In this document: positions 27,714 through 38,559 of the stretch, in pieces
Layout: each line of letters opens with the position of its first letter
Numbering within the stretch: position 1 is the first letter of the stretch
Assembly: GCA_039030515.1 (NCBI GenBank)
Contig: JBCCEA010000003.1
Location: 98,759 to 162,758 of the forward strand
From: Myxococcota bacterium
GTDB taxonomy: Bacteria; Myxococcota_A; Polyangia; Polyangiales; Houyiibacteriaceae
DNA length: 64,000 bases
Direction of reading: 5' to 3'
The notes under the pieces: generated by a model
What the model saw: only the letters and a program-made list of their open reading frames with translations
The model's database searches: none
Told to the model about the DNA's origin: nothing
Made by a program: the position numbers and the translations under genes

Positions 27714-30077
27714 GTGACCGACCCTATCCGACGCGTTGGCGTCATCGGAGCCGGAGTAATGGGCAGCGGCATCGCCGCCCACTTCGCGAATGCCGGCGTT
27801 GAAGTTGTTTTGCTCGACATCGTTCCACCCGAGTCCGGGGCAAATGGGGCATCCAGGTCTCGTTCCCGCAGCCAGTTCGCTGAGGAAGGGCTAAAAAAGG
27901 CCCTCAAGGCAAAGCCAGCACCGTTCTTTCACAAATCGAGGGCATCACTGGTGCGCACGGGCAATCTGGAAGACGATTTTCAGAGGCTCGCGGCGTGTGA
28001 TTTGATCATCGAAGCGATCGTCGAAAATCTCGACATCAAAAGAAAACTCTTCGCTCGCTTCGATACCGAACTTGAAGGCACACGGATCGTTGCCTCAAAT
28101 ACAAGCGGATTGCGCATCGCCAGCATGGTCGAAGGGCGAAGTGAGGCGTTTCGAAGCCGCTTTCTGGTCATGCATTTCTTTAATCCGGTGCGCTACATGA
28201 AGCTGCTGGAGCTCGTCCGTGGCCCCGAAACCTCAGATGAGGTCTATCGACGCGTCGCGGAGTTTGGCACATCGATTCTCGGCAAAGGGATCGTGGAGGG
28301 CAAGGACACCCCCAACTTTGTCGGCAACCGCATCGGTTGCCACGCGCTGATGAGCACGATTCATCAAATGCTGGCCGATGGCCTCGAGCCGGAAGATGTG
28401 GACGCGATTACCGGAAGTCCGATGGGTCACCCTAAGAGCGCAAGCTTCCGAACTGCAGACATGGTCGGCATCGACACCTTTGTCCACGTATCCGAAAACT
28501 GCCACGCCGCGCTCGTAGATGATGAAGATCGCGAGGTATTTCAGATACCGGATTTCATGAAACACATGGTGGCAAAAAAGCTGCTGGGAAATAAGACCAA
28601 GGGAGGCTTTTACAAGAAGACCAAGGAAGGAATCAGCACCCTGGATCCTTCGACCCTCGAGTACCGACCCAAGGCTGGCGATCCCGAGATCAAAAAGTTC
28701 TGCAAGAGTCTGAATGGCGATGCGCGCTCCCGCGTCAAGAAGCTGGTGGAAGACAACGGCCCGGCAGGCGCCTTTGCTCGTAAACTCCTGTCGAAAACCC
28801 TCTCTTACACCGCAAGGCGCATGGGTGAAATCGCAGAGGATATCTCGGCGGTGGATGATGCCATGCGCTGGGGATACAACTGGGAACTGGGCCCGTTTGA
28901 AACTTGGGATGCTCTAGGATTTCGTGAAACAGCAGAGCGGATGAAAAAAGAAGGGCATTCGCTTCCCACTTGGATCGACACGATGCTCGGTTCAGATGCG
29001 AGCGCCTTCTACCGCGGAAACGAAGTTTGGAACCCCGCACTCGGTCAGTATCAAGTCCGAAAAAGCGACGCGCGCAACACGACTCTCACGCTGCTGCGAG
29101 GTGAAAAGCCTCCAGTTTTGTCCAATAGCGGTGCCGTAGCCCATGACATCGGCGATGGAGTCTTGGCGGTCACGTTCAAGACCAAGGCCAACAGTCTCGA
29201 CGATTCGGTGATCGCTTTGATGGGACAGGCGATCGAAGAAGCCGAGAAGAATCATCGCGCGATGCTCCTCTTCAACGAAGGAGAGCACTTTTGCGTCGGC
29301 GCAAACCTCTTTGCCCTCGTCATGGCGGCGAATCAGAAGCAGTGGGAAGGTATCCGGAATACGGTTCAGACGCTTCAAAAGACCATGCAGCGCATCAAGT
29401 ATGCCTCAGTTCCCGTAGTAGCCGCACCGTACGGGATGGCTCTCGGAGGCGGCTTGGAAGTCTGTCTTTGCGCCGATGCCGTGCAAGCAGCTGCGGAAAC
29501 CTACTGCGGTCTAGTCGAGGTCGGCGTCGGATTGATTCCGGGCGGCGCAGGCAACCTGAACCTTCTATGGCGCGCGCTTGAAACGACTCCGGAAGGTGCT
29601 GAGATCAGCCCGCACCCCTACATCACCCAGGTCTTCAAGAACATCGCGATGGCCAAAGTGGCCACCAGCGCAGAAGAGGCCAAGTTTTTTGGGTATTTTC
29701 GTCACTCAGACGGGGTTAGCTTCGACCGGGACCGTCAACTGAGCGAGGCCAAAGCGCGCGCGATCGGCATGGCCGAATCGGGATATCATCCTCCTTCGCG
29801 CCGGTCCTATCGACTTGCGGGTGAAGACGGGGTCGCCACGCTATCTATGATGGTGGATACCCTGGTCGCAGGTGGATACGCGAGCCCTCATGACGCACTC
29901 ATCGCGAGAAAACTAGCGGTCGTCCTCTCCGGCGGTGCAGGAGGTGCGGCGCGCGAGGTCACCGAGGATGAGATCCTCGAACTCGAAGCCGAGGCCTTCG
30001 TCAGCCTTTGTGGTGAACAAAAGAGCATCGACCGCATGCAGCACATGCTCATGCACAACAAACCCTTGCGGAACTAA
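27714..30077 (+). CDS. 3-hydroxyacyl-CoA dehydrogenase / enoyl-CoA hydratase (FadN-like)
   Basis: GAGVMGSG, SNTSG and HFFNPVRYMKLLE motifs; C-terminal crotonase with LGGGLE and GLVEVGVGLIP. Confidence 0.94.
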   Translation: MTDPIRRVGVIGAGVMGSGIAAHFANAGVEVVLLDIVPPESGANGASRSRSRSQFAEEGLKKALKAKPAPFFHKSRASLVRTGNLEDDFQRLAACDLIIEAIVENLDIKRKLFARFDTELEGTRIVASNTSGLRIASMVEGRSEAFRSRFLVMHFFNPVRYMKLLELVRGPETSDEVYRRVAEFGTSILGKGIVEGKDTPNFVGNRIGCHALMSTIHQMLADGLEPEDVDAITGSPMGHPKSASFRTADMVGIDTFVHVSENCHAALVDDEDREVFQIPDFMKHMVAKKLLGNKTKGGFYKKTKEGISTLDPSTLEYRPKAGDPEIKKFCKSLNGDARSRVKKLVEDNGPAGAFARKLLSKTLSYTARRMGEIAEDISAVDDAMRWGYNWELGPFETWDALGFRETAERMKKEGHSLPTWIDTMLGSDASAFYRGNEVWNPALGQYQVRKSDARNTTLTLLRGEKPPVLSNSGAVAHDIGDGVLAVTFKTKANSLDDSVIALMGQAIEEAEKNHRAMLLFNEGEHFCVGANLFALVMAANQKQWEGIRNTVQTLQKTMQRIKYASVPVVAAPYGMALGGGLEVCLCADAVQAAAETYCGLVEVGVGLIPGGAGNLNLLWRALETTPEGAEISPHPYITQVFKNIAMAKVATSAEEAKFFGYFRHSDGVSFDRDRQLSEAKARAIGMAESGYHPPSRRSYRLAGEDGVATLSMMVDTLVAGGYASPHDALIARKLAVVLSGGAGGAAREVTEDEILELEAEAFVSLCGEQKSIDRMQHMLMHNKPLRN

Positions 30078-30093
30078 GAATAGGGAGAGAACC

Positions 30094-31257
30094 ATGGCAG
30101 ACATCGTAATAGCCGAAGCGGTGCGTAGCGCGGTTGGTCGTGCGCACAAAGGTTCCCTTGCACAGCGGCGCCCCGATGAGTTCGGTGCCGAGGTCGTTCG
30201 CGAGCTTCTCAAGCGCGTGCCTTCAGTGAAGCCAGAAATGGTCGAGGACCTGATCTTGGGATGCGCCATGCCCGAGGGGGAGCAAGGCCTCAACGTCGCC
30301 CGAATTGTAGGTCTTCTCGCGGGACTCCCTGAGGAAACCAGCGCTATGACCATCAATCGATTTTGCTCCAGCGGCCTTCAAGCGATCGCGCTTGCAGCTG
30401 GACAAATTGCGCTCGGGTACCACGACGTGATCGTCGCTGGGGGCGTAGAATCGATGAGTATGGTGCCGATGACCGGCAACAAACTCAGTGCCTCTCCAGA
30501 CGCGATGGAGCACGTTCCCACCGCATATACCCCGATGGGTATCACGGCAGAAAACGTCGCCAATCGCTTCGAGGTAAGTCGTGAGGATCAGGATGAGTTC
30601 GCGTTCAATAGCCAGCAAAAGGCCAAGAACGCGATAGAACAAAAGGTGTTCCAAGAGGAAATCGTCCCGGTTCAGGGAGTACGCTACCGTGACGGTGCGC
30701 GCGAGCTTTTTGAGTTTAATAACGACGAACTGCCGCGACTCGATACGACGAGAGAAGGCCTCGCCAAACTGCGTCCGGTCTTCGCCAAAGACGGTAGCGT
30801 CACCGCGGGCAACGCATCCCCGCTTTCTGACGGCGCTGCGGCCGCTTTGGTCATGTCGAAATCCAAGGCGGAAGAGCTCGGCGTAAAACCGCTTGCGTAC
30901 TTTCGCCATTTCAGTACGGCCGGAGTAGATCCGGCCATCATGGGAATCGGGCCGATTCCTGCAGTGCGAAAGCTGTTTGCGAAAACAGGGCTCAGTTGGA
31001 AGGATATCGACGTCGTGGAACTCAATGAAGCGTTTGCGAGTCAGTCGCTTCGTGTGGTTCGAGAGCTCGAGATTCCCGAAGAAAAGCTGAACCCCAACGG
31101 GGGGGCCATCGCCCTTGGCCATCCACTGGGATGCACCGGTGCAAAGCTGACCGCGACGGCGCTCTACGAGCTCAAGCGAAGGAAGGCAAAGCGAGCCGTA
31201 GTCACCATGTGCATCGGCGGAGGCATGGGCGCTGCGGGACTCCTGGAACTCGCCTAG
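30094..31257 (+). CDS. fadA: Acetyl-CoA C-acyltransferase (thiolase)
   Basis: NRFCSSG, NEAF, GGAIALGHP and CIGGGMG motifs; ATG at 30094 after AGGGAG. Confidence 0.95.
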   Translation: MADIVIAEAVRSAVGRAHKGSLAQRRPDEFGAEVVRELLKRVPSVKPEMVEDLILGCAMPEGEQGLNVARIVGLLAGLPEETSAMTINRFCSSGLQAIALAAGQIALGYHDVIVAGGVESMSMVPMTGNKLSASPDAMEHVPTAYTPMGITAENVANRFEVSREDQDEFAFNSQQKAKNAIEQKVFQEEIVPVQGVRYRDGARELFEFNNDELPRLDTTREGLAKLRPVFAKDGSVTAGNASPLSDGAAAALVMSKSKAEELGVKPLAYFRHFSTAGVDPAIMGIGPIPAVRKLFAKTGLSWKDIDVVELNEAFASQSLRVVRELEIPEEKLNPNGGAIALGHPLGCTGAKLTATALYELKRRKAKRAVVTMCIGGGMGAAGLLELA

Positions 31258-31312
31258 AGGTAAAAAGGAGATTCAGTGGAGGCGCCGGCTAAGTTACGTT
31301 TGAGGTAGATCA

Positions 31313-32620
31313 TTGCCCTATTCCTTTCGCATCGCCCTCATTCTGCTCGTGTTCGGCTCCTTGTTTTTCGGACTGAATCTCTATTTTTATCGGCGCTCTG
31401 CCGCGGTATTCGCCTTATCGAATAGGAACAAAACGATTCTCGGGACAACGCTGGTTCTTGGCGCCCTGTGCACCATCGGACCTCGAGTGCTCGAGCGTAT
31501 GCTGCCCACCGAGGCCTCGGAGAGCCTTGCCCTCTTCGGCAGCTCGATACAGATGGCTGTGCTGCTTACTTCGGGATTCCTCTTCCCGATCGAGCTTCTT
31601 CGGATGGCTCGCGGTTTGGCAGTGCGGGTCAAGCGGATGTGGGTCACCCGATTCAGAGACGACTCGCTGGGTCACCCTCGGGTCGAGGACACTCCGAGTT
31701 CTGATCACGCGCGGGCCGGTGACGTCTCCGAGGAAGCGCCGGAACCACTTTACCTAAAACCCTCTTCAAGCGAGACCACCCCGAGACGCGATTTTCTCAT
31801 GCGAACCGCCTGGGGAGGTGGACTGCTGCTCGGCACGTCGCAGTCGATCTATGGCTCCGCGTTTGGCAGGCACGACTACGTCATGGAGACCGTTCCGGTT
31901 GCGATGCCGAATCTTCCTTCGAGCTTTCACGGCTACAGTCTTATTCAGCTCTCGGATATCCATTTCGGCACCTTTGTCGGGGAAGCCGAACTTCGAGTCG
32001 CGGAGGATTTTGTTCGCCGCGCTAAGCCCGACCTGGTCGTGCTCACCGGAGATCTGGTCGATCACGATCCCGCCTTTGCACCCTACGTCGCCCGCCTCGT
32101 GCAACGACTTACAGACTACGCACGCGACGGGATCCTCGCCGTGCCCGGCAACCACGATTACTACTCTGGGGTCGAAGTCGTGCTAGGCGAACTCGAGCGC
32201 GCAGGTGCATCGGTGCTGCGAAATGCGAGTACCTTGATCGATCGCGGAACGCAGAGGTTGGCGCTGCTCGGAGTAGATGATGTCTGGGCCAGCCGAAGCG
32301 GTGCCACCAAGGGGCCTGACCTCGATCGCGCACTGCAGGGCGTGGACGAAGAGACCACCAAGCTGCTCCTCTGTCACAATCCAGTCTTTTTTCCGACCGC
32401 CGCCGGGCATGTCGATCTTCAACTAAGCGGGCATACGCACGGTGGACAGGTGGCACCGTTTTTTAATCCTGCCGATATCGTGCTGCCTTACGGTTATGTT
32501 CGCGGTCTCTACCGGCGCGCAGGCAGCCAATTGTACGTCAATAGGGGATTTGGCACCGCGGGCCCTCCCACTCGGATCGGGTCACCTCCTGAGATCACGA
32601 AGATCGTATTGACCACGTAG
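31313..32620 (+). CDS. Membrane metallophosphoesterase (YkuE/YaeI-like)
   Basis: N-terminal TMs; SDIH, TGDLVD, GNHD, CHNP and SGHTHGGQ motifs. Confidence 0.92.
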   Translation: MPYSFRIALILLVFGSLFFGLNLYFYRRSAAVFALSNRNKTILGTTLVLGALCTIGPRVLERMLPTEASESLALFGSSIQMAVLLTSGFLFPIELLRMARGLAVRVKRMWVTRFRDDSLGHPRVEDTPSSDHARAGDVSEEAPEPLYLKPSSSETTPRRDFLMRTAWGGGLLLGTSQSIYGSAFGRHDYVMETVPVAMPNLPSSFHGYSLIQLSDIHFGTFVGEAELRVAEDFVRRAKPDLVVLTGDLVDHDPAFAPYVARLVQRLTDYARDGILAVPGNHDYYSGVEVVLGELERAGASVLRNASTLIDRGTQRLALLGVDDVWASRSGATKGPDLDRALQGVDEETTKLLLCHNPVFFPTAAGHVDLQLSGHTHGGQVAPFFNPADIVLPYGYVRGLYRRAGSQLYVNRGFGTAGPPTRIGSPPEITKIVLTT

Positions 32621-32801
32621 AGTCCCCCGGTCGGCAACAAAGTGCCGATTTCCCCCGGGAAGGCCGCGAACGAAGGGCGCCTCGGAACCGGCGCGTTCTT
32701 CATACTGCACTCGTTGGAGGTCCATGAGCGAACTCTTTCAATCGTACCCACGGTCAGCCGGTTGACGGACTGCAGGAGGCGGACGAGAATCCCATCCTCC
32801 G

Positions 32802-33914
32802 ATGCCCGCTGAAACCACAACTGCCGATGCAGCTCTTGGTCTGTACCGAGTACTGTCAGAAGACGGCACGCTAACGACAAGCGCACCACCGGAGCTCTCT
32901 TTGGAAAAACTCCGAACCATGCTCCGACACATGATCCGTATCCGCAGCATCGACGAGAAAATGATGAAGCGTCAGCGTCAAGGTCAGATCGGGTTTTACG
33001 GAAGCGTCACAGGTCAGGAGGCCGTACCGGTCGCTGCAGGGTGTGCGCTCGCTTCCTCAGATTGGGTGTTTCCAGCGCTTCGTGAAAACGGGATCATGCT
33101 TGTGCGCGGGTTTCCCCTCAAACTTTGGTTGGCTCAGGTCTACGGTAATGAAATGGACGTGCTCAAAGGTCGCCAGATGCCGAGTCATATGAGCGCCCGA
33201 GATGTGCACCAGGTTTCCTGGTCGTCCTGCATCGGACCCCAGATACCTCAAGCCGTTGGGGCAGCCTGGGCCGCAAAACTCCGCAAGGACGCTACCGTCG
33301 TAGCCGGATTTATGGGAGACGGCGCGACCAGTCAGGGCGATGTACACGCCGCAATGAACTTCGCGGGGGTCTTTGGTGTGCCCTGCATCTTCATCTGCCA
33401 AAACAATCACTGGTCGATCAGCGTGCCATCCTCAAGGCAGACCGCTTCGGCCACATTTGCGATCAAGGCAAAAGCGTACGGCATGCCCGGAGTGCGTGTG
33501 GACGGCAACGACGTATTGGCACTACATGGCACCATTGAAGAAGCCGCGAACCGAGCTCGGCAAGGACTTGGGCCCACGTTCATCGAGGCCGTCACGTACC
33601 GAATAGGACCCCACAGCTCCAGCGACGATCCGGACCGCTATCGAGATCCTGAGGAAGTCGCGCTTTGGACCAAGAGAGATCCGATACACCGACTACAAAA
33701 CTACCTTCGGCAAACAGGGCGGCTTAGCGAAGAGGCTGTGGAGACGATGCACGCTGAAATCGATAGTGAGATCTCCAGCGCAGTCGCCGCAGTAGAGTCC
33801 CTCCCAAACCCTGCGCGAAGCACACTGTTCGAGGACGTGTATCACGTCACTCCTTGGCACCTAATAGAGCAGAGAGAAGAGCTCGAAAAGCACCCACCCG
33901 CGCCGCTTCACTAG
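32802..33914 (+). CDS. 2-oxoacid (pyruvate or branched-chain) dehydrogenase E1 alpha subunit
   Basis: QRQGQIGFY, GQEA, TPP motif GDGATSQGD...NN, and HSSSDDP..YR. Confidence 0.93.
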   Translation: MPAETTTADAALGLYRVLSEDGTLTTSAPPELSLEKLRTMLRHMIRIRSIDEKMMKRQRQGQIGFYGSVTGQEAVPVAAGCALASSDWVFPALRENGIMLVRGFPLKLWLAQVYGNEMDVLKGRQMPSHMSARDVHQVSWSSCIGPQIPQAVGAAWAAKLRKDATVVAGFMGDGATSQGDVHAAMNFAGVFGVPCIFICQNNHWSISVPSSRQTASATFAIKAKAYGMPGVRVDGNDVLALHGTIEEAANRARQGLGPTFIEAVTYRIGPHSSSDDPDRYRDPEEVALWTKRDPIHRLQNYLRQTGRLSEEAVETMHAEIDSEISSAVAAVESLPNPARSTLFEDVYHVTPWHLIEQREELEKHPPAPLH

Positions 33915-33933
33915 GCGTGGCCCGAGAGGAATC

Positions 33934-35343
33934 ATGGCGGACAAAACCTACGATGCAATCGTCATCGGTGCTGGCCCGGGGGGCTACGTCACCGCAATCA
34001 GGTTGGGCCAACTTGGCTTGAACACACTGTGCGTTGAAAAGGAATATTGGGGGGGAGTGTGCCTTAACTGGGGTTGCATTCCATCCAAAGCCCTCATCGC
34101 CGCAACGGGTCTCGTCGACAAGATCCAACGCGCCGATACCATGGGCATCAGCGTCTCTGGACTCTCGGTAGATGTCGCCAAGATGCAGCAGTGGAAAGAG
34201 GGGATAGTCAAAAAACTTACTGGCGGCGTGAAAACTCTCGTCAAGAGCAATGGAGCCGACCAGGTGATGGGGGCGGCAAAGATCGTAGCTCCAAACCGGG
34301 TTGAAGTGACGAAGGCGGACGGTAGTCGGCAGCAATTCACCGCAACGAGGGGCATCGTGGTGGCCACCGGCGCCGAGGTGATCGAGATTCCTGGATTCAC
34401 GCCGGACGGAGAAACCGTCATCACGGCTCGGGAGGCCGTATCACTCCAGGAGGCACCGAAGTCGATGGTGTTGATCGGCGGCGGAGTGATCGGGCTCGAA
34501 CTGGGCATGGTCTATCAAAAGCTCGGCACCAAGGTGACCGTGGTCGAAATGACAAAGCAGCTGCTCCCCGGCACCGACCCAGATTTGGTGAAGGTCGTTG
34601 AGAAACAGCTCAAAAAGCATGGAGCCGAGATCTTACTTGAAGCGAAGGCAGAGAGCTGCGTCGTCCGGGACCAAGTCGCGACCGTGGGGGTACGGCACGG
34701 AGGCACTCTGAAGAGTCTTGAGGCCGATAAGGTTCTGGTTGCGGTAGGTTTTCGCCCCAACAGCCAAGGCCTGGGCCTAGAGGAGATCGGGGTGAAGCTT
34801 GATGCCCGAGGTCATATTCAAGTAGACGACCAGCTGCGAACCAACGTGCCCTCGATCTTCGCCATCGGAGATGTGTGTGGTGGCCCTTATCTCGCGCACA
34901 AGGCGTCCAAAGAGGGCGAAATCGCAGCAGAGGTGATCGCGGGACACAAGGCAGCTCGAGACTGGCGCGGCATGCCGGCAGCGATCTTTACCGAACCAGA
35001 AATCGCCACGGTAGGTCTGACTGAAACCGAAGCAAAGGCGCAGGGCCGCAAGATCAAGGTAGGGAAGTTTCCGTTTGCGGCCTCGGGTCGGGCGATGGCG
35101 GTAAGTGCGACCGAAGGGTTTATCAAGACGATCATCGATCCCGAGGATCACCAAGTTCTGGGGGTCGCTATCGTCGGCCCAGAGGCGTCTGACCTCATCA
35201 GCGAAGCAGCGCTTGGCATGGAAATGTGCGCATTCGCAGAGGACATCGCCCTGACAATTCACCCGCACCCCACCCTCGGAGAGGGCGTGATGGAGGCCTT
35301 CAAACATGCACTCGGCGAGGCCATACACATCATGAACAAATGA
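33934..35343 (+). CDS. lpdA: Dihydrolipoyl dehydrogenase (E3)
   Basis: GAGPGGY, GGVCLNWGCIPSK, GGGVIGLE and HPHPTLGE motifs. Confidence 0.97.
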   Translation: MADKTYDAIVIGAGPGGYVTAIRLGQLGLNTLCVEKEYWGGVCLNWGCIPSKALIAATGLVDKIQRADTMGISVSGLSVDVAKMQQWKEGIVKKLTGGVKTLVKSNGADQVMGAAKIVAPNRVEVTKADGSRQQFTATRGIVVATGAEVIEIPGFTPDGETVITAREAVSLQEAPKSMVLIGGGVIGLELGMVYQKLGTKVTVVEMTKQLLPGTDPDLVKVVEKQLKKHGAEILLEAKAESCVVRDQVATVGVRHGGTLKSLEADKVLVAVGFRPNSQGLGLEEIGVKLDARGHIQVDDQLRTNVPSIFAIGDVCGGPYLAHKASKEGEIAAEVIAGHKAARDWRGMPAAIFTEPEIATVGLTETEAKAQGRKIKVGKFPFAASGRAMAVSATEGFIKTIIDPEDHQVLGVAIVGPEASDLISEAALGMEMCAFAEDIALTIHPHPTLGEGVMEAFKHALGEAIHIMNK

Positions 35344-35504
35344 GCGCTGCACCCGTGTGACTCGGGCCTGCTCGCGATCGGGCTCTTGCTCGTCATTTCG
35401 AAAGCGTTCTTTTGACGGTTAGAGCAGCCCTGCCATCCTCAAGGTCCGCCTTGTCTTCCTTAGGCAAATAGGTCGACCTTGACGGGTTGCAGGGCGCCTG
35501 TCAT

Positions 35505-36206
35505 GTGCCCGAAGTGGCTGAAACGACTCGAAAGATCCGCTTTTACCGACTTGGGACCTTGGCCTACGAGGCCGCACTCGAGCTTCAAAATCGCCTGGTC
35601 GATGCGCGTGCGGAAGGCAAGGTCGGAGATTCCCTGCTGCTTGTCGAACACCCTCCAACCCTGACCCTTGGTCGTAGCTGCAAGAACGAAGACCACCTAA
35701 GGATGAGCGCGGAGCTACTGCGCGCCAGCGGGTTCGCGGTGCATCATGTCGGCCGTGGCGGCGACGTCACCTACCATGGTCCGGGTCAACTTGTGGCCTA
35801 CCCGATATTCGACCTAAAGCCCGACCGGAAAGACGTACGTCGGTACATGAGCGATCTCGAAGAGGCGATGATTCGCGTCTGTCGCGACTACGGTCTTCAG
35901 GCAGGAAGGCTGGAAGGTCTCACCGGCACCTGGATCGGTCCGCGCAAGATAGGGGCGATCGGAGTACGAATCCGAAGATGGGTGACGATGCACGGAGTGG
36001 CGCTCAATGTGTGCACCAACCTGCAACACTTTCAGACGATCGTGCCCTGCGGCATTGCAGACAAAGCGGTCACGAGCCTGGAAGCAGAACTAGGCGAGGC
36101 ACCACCACATGCTGAAGTCGAGTCCCGGCTCGCGCGACACCTGGGAAACATATTTCATGCTGAGATTGACGAGGCTACGATCGAGGAACTTCCAGTTACT
36201 CCCTGA
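35505..36206 (+). CDS. lipB: Lipoyl(octanoyl) transferase
   Basis: EHPP..TLGR, RGGDVTYHGPGQLVAYP, KIGAIG, HGVALN and PCG motifs. Start uncertain (35487-35505). Confidence 0.96.
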   Translation: MPEVAETTRKIRFYRLGTLAYEAALELQNRLVDARAEGKVGDSLLLVEHPPTLTLGRSCKNEDHLRMSAELLRASGFAVHHVGRGGDVTYHGPGQLVAYPIFDLKPDRKDVRRYMSDLEEAMIRVCRDYGLQAGRLEGLTGTWIGPRKIGAIGVRIRRWVTMHGVALNVCTNLQHFQTIVPCGIADKAVTSLEAELGEAPPHAEVESRLARHLGNIFHAEIDEATIEELPVTP

Positions 36207-36481
36207 AAACAAATAGTTCCGGCATTCAACGACGTCCAGCTCGGACTGACGCCAAAGACTCACGTTTGCCGAACTTGCAGAAACGGACGCTTACAGGGTA
36301 AATATCTTGTATGACTTAATTATCGCTGTCTTAAGTATTGGCGACGGAACCCGTTGATATAGAGGCAGCGGTCTTGATCAGAGTCGCTTGAGCTTCCTCC
36401 CAGGAAGACGACGATGTGTCGCTCTTCTACGGGGCGAGACACCAGCGATGAAACACAGCTACCGTTGGGCAGCGGAGCAAT

Positions 36482-38551
36482 TTGCAAGTTTCAATTTCTA
36501 AAAAAGAGTTTGAGCGACTTCGTGTACTGCATGGGCTCGATATCTTGGACTCGATGCCAGAAGACAGTTTTGATCGGATCACCGACTTAGCTGCACGCTT
36601 GCTCAAGGCACCGATCGCACTCGTTTCACTCATCGACTCAGATCGTCAATGGTTCAAGTCTCGGGTGGGTATCGATGAAGTGCAAACGCCTCGCGGAATC
36701 TCGTTTTGCGAGCACGCCATCGCCTCTGAGGGCGAAACGTTCGTGATTCAAGACGCTTGTGAAGATACGCGGTTTAAGAACAACCCATTGGTCAACGGAC
36801 CACCCTACATTCGTTTTTATGCCGCTGCTCCCCTGAGACTCGAAGGATGCGCGGTGGGTACCCTCTGTGTCGCCGACACCGCCCCTCGGACACTCACTGA
36901 AAGCGACCTGAGCGTACTAAAGACCCTTGGCGAGTTAATCGTCGACCAGCTACTCACCCGCAAGTCCGAGCTCGAAACCTGGTACCACATCCAATTGCTG
37001 CAGATGGCAGAAGAAGCCGCCAAGCTGGGGCATTGGCGTATCGACTACTTAGAAAAGAAGGTCTTTTGGTCCCCTCAGGTATTCAAAATCCATGGGCTCA
37101 AACCCGGTGAATATCAGCCCGATTTCAACAACTTCACCCAGTTCTACCATCCAGAGGATCGAGAGGATGTTCGGGCGAGTCTTCGGTCCGCTCTCGAATC
37201 AAAGCGACCATTTGAATACGAGCTGCGGCTCATGCACCAGCCGACTGGAACCTTTCGCTTGGTACATGCAAGGGGAATCCCTCAGCTCTCGTCAGACGGT
37301 ACAAAGGTACGTTCCATCTTCGGAGTGCTGCGGGATATCACTGACCGAGAAGAACTTCATCGTCGGTTGAGCCATGCGGAAAAGATGGCTTCGGTCGGAA
37401 CCTTGGCGGCCGGAGTGGGACACGAAATCAACAATCCACTCAACTATATAAAGACCAATGCAGATCTGCTGCTTGAAGAATTAGATAAGCTCTCTGGAGT
37501 CGACCGAACAAAAGCGATGCGCGAATGCCTTAGCATGGCCGAGGATATCAGCGAGGGTGCAAACCGCATCGCGCGCATCGTCAACAGTCTTAAAACACTG
37601 TCGCGAGCTTCGGACGGAAGGCGCGAAAAAGTCGATCTTCGACAGTCGCTTACAACAGCACAGCGAATATGCCAAAGCGAAATCCGTTCGAAAGCCCAAG
37701 TCATTGAGGACTTTTCACCTCAAACTCCCAATATTCTTGCAGACGAAGGTCAAATTGTACAGATAGCTGTCAACCTGATCGTCAATGCAGCTCAATCCAT
37801 GTCCGAAGAATCGTTTTCGGAAAATCAAATTCGGCTACGCACCGGAATTGCGTCGCCAAAAGTCGCGTTCTTCGAAGTCGAGGACAACGGGTCAGGGATG
37901 GAAGAGCACATCCTTACCCGCGCGTTCGATCCGTTCTTCACTACCAAACCACCAGGCGTGGGCACCGGGATCGGTCTCGCGGTCTGTCACAACATCGTGG
38001 CCACACATCGCGGCGGAATTGAAATTTGGTCGAAACCAGGTTCTGGCACCTCCATTCGCGTCACCCTGCCGACAGCCGACACCTTGGAGGAACTCACTCC
38101 TGCACCCAGTTTGCCACCACCTTCAATCACCGCATCCGAACAAACGGTGCTCATCGTCGATGACGAACCACTGGTGGGTCGCTCTCTTGCGCGTGCTCTT
38201 CGGGCCTACGAAACCACGGTCTTCACTTCTGCACGTCTCGCTATCGAACTCCTGAAAGAGGGAACATCTTTCGATGTGATCATCTGCGACTTGATGATGC
38301 CGGGAATTAACGGCGTAGGACTCTATCGATTTCTTGAGCAACATCGGCCGGATCTTGTCCAGTGCATGCTCTTTGTGACCGGAGCGGTATTCTCCTCAGG
38401 CATCGAAGAGCTTTCCAGTCAAATAGACATTCCTATCCTCACCAAACCCGTCTCTCCCAACGAGCTTCGCAAGCTAGTGGAACGAATGGCGAACGCTCCA
38501 ATCCAGGCGCACAAGGAGCAGGTGACGCATCCATCCATGCGCGTTTCCTGA
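36482..38551 (+). CDS. Hybrid sensor histidine kinase (GAF-PAS-HisKA-HATPase-REC)
   Basis: GAF ([15 protein letters not shown]), PAS (YHPEDRE), HEINNPL, DPFFTTK..G.G.GL, and REC (VDDE, CDLMMP). Confidence 0.93.
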   Translation: MQVSISKKEFERLRVLHGLDILDSMPEDSFDRITDLAARLLKAPIALVSLIDSDRQWFKSRVGIDEVQTPRGISFCEHAIASEGETFVIQDACEDTRFKNNPLVNGPPYIRFYAAAPLRLEGCAVGTLCVADTAPRTLTESDLSVLKTLGELIVDQLLTRKSELETWYHIQLLQMAEEAAKLGHWRIDYLEKKVFWSPQVFKIHGLKPGEYQPDFNNFTQFYHPEDREDVRASLRSALESKRPFEYELRLMHQPTGTFRLVHARGIPQLSSDGTKVRSIFGVLRDITDREELHRRLSHAEKMASVGTLAAGVGHEINNPLNYIKTNADLLLEELDKLSGVDRTKAMRECLSMAEDISEGANRIARIVNSLKTLSRASDGRREKVDLRQSLTTAQRICQSEIRSKAQVIEDFSPQTPNILADEGQIVQIAVNLIVNAAQSMSEESFSENQIRLRTGIASPKVAFFEVEDNGSGMEEHILTRAFDPFFTTKPPGVGTGIGLAVCHNIVATHRGGIEIWSKPGSGTSIRVTLPTADTLEELTPAPSLPPPSITASEQTVLIVDDEPLVGRSLARALRAYETTVFTSARLAIELLKEGTSFDVIICDLMMPGINGVGLYRFLEQHRPDLVQCMLFVTGAVFSSGIEELSSQIDIPILTKPVSPNELRKLVERMANAPIQAHKEQVTHPSMRVS

Positions 38552-38559
38552 AGGAACCC

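Noticed and set aside
29935..30093. N-terminal extension of the thiolase in the ORF track
   Set aside because: Overlaps the upstream gene; the ATG at 30094 has an SD and matches normal thiolase starts.
30223..31122. 299-aa minus-strand ORF
   Set aside because: Antisense shadow of the thiolase.
31778..31800. Tat signal (TPRRDFL) in the metallophosphoesterase
   Set aside because: Internal RRxFL motifs are common in this family after the TM region; not evidence of a separate gene or a novelty.
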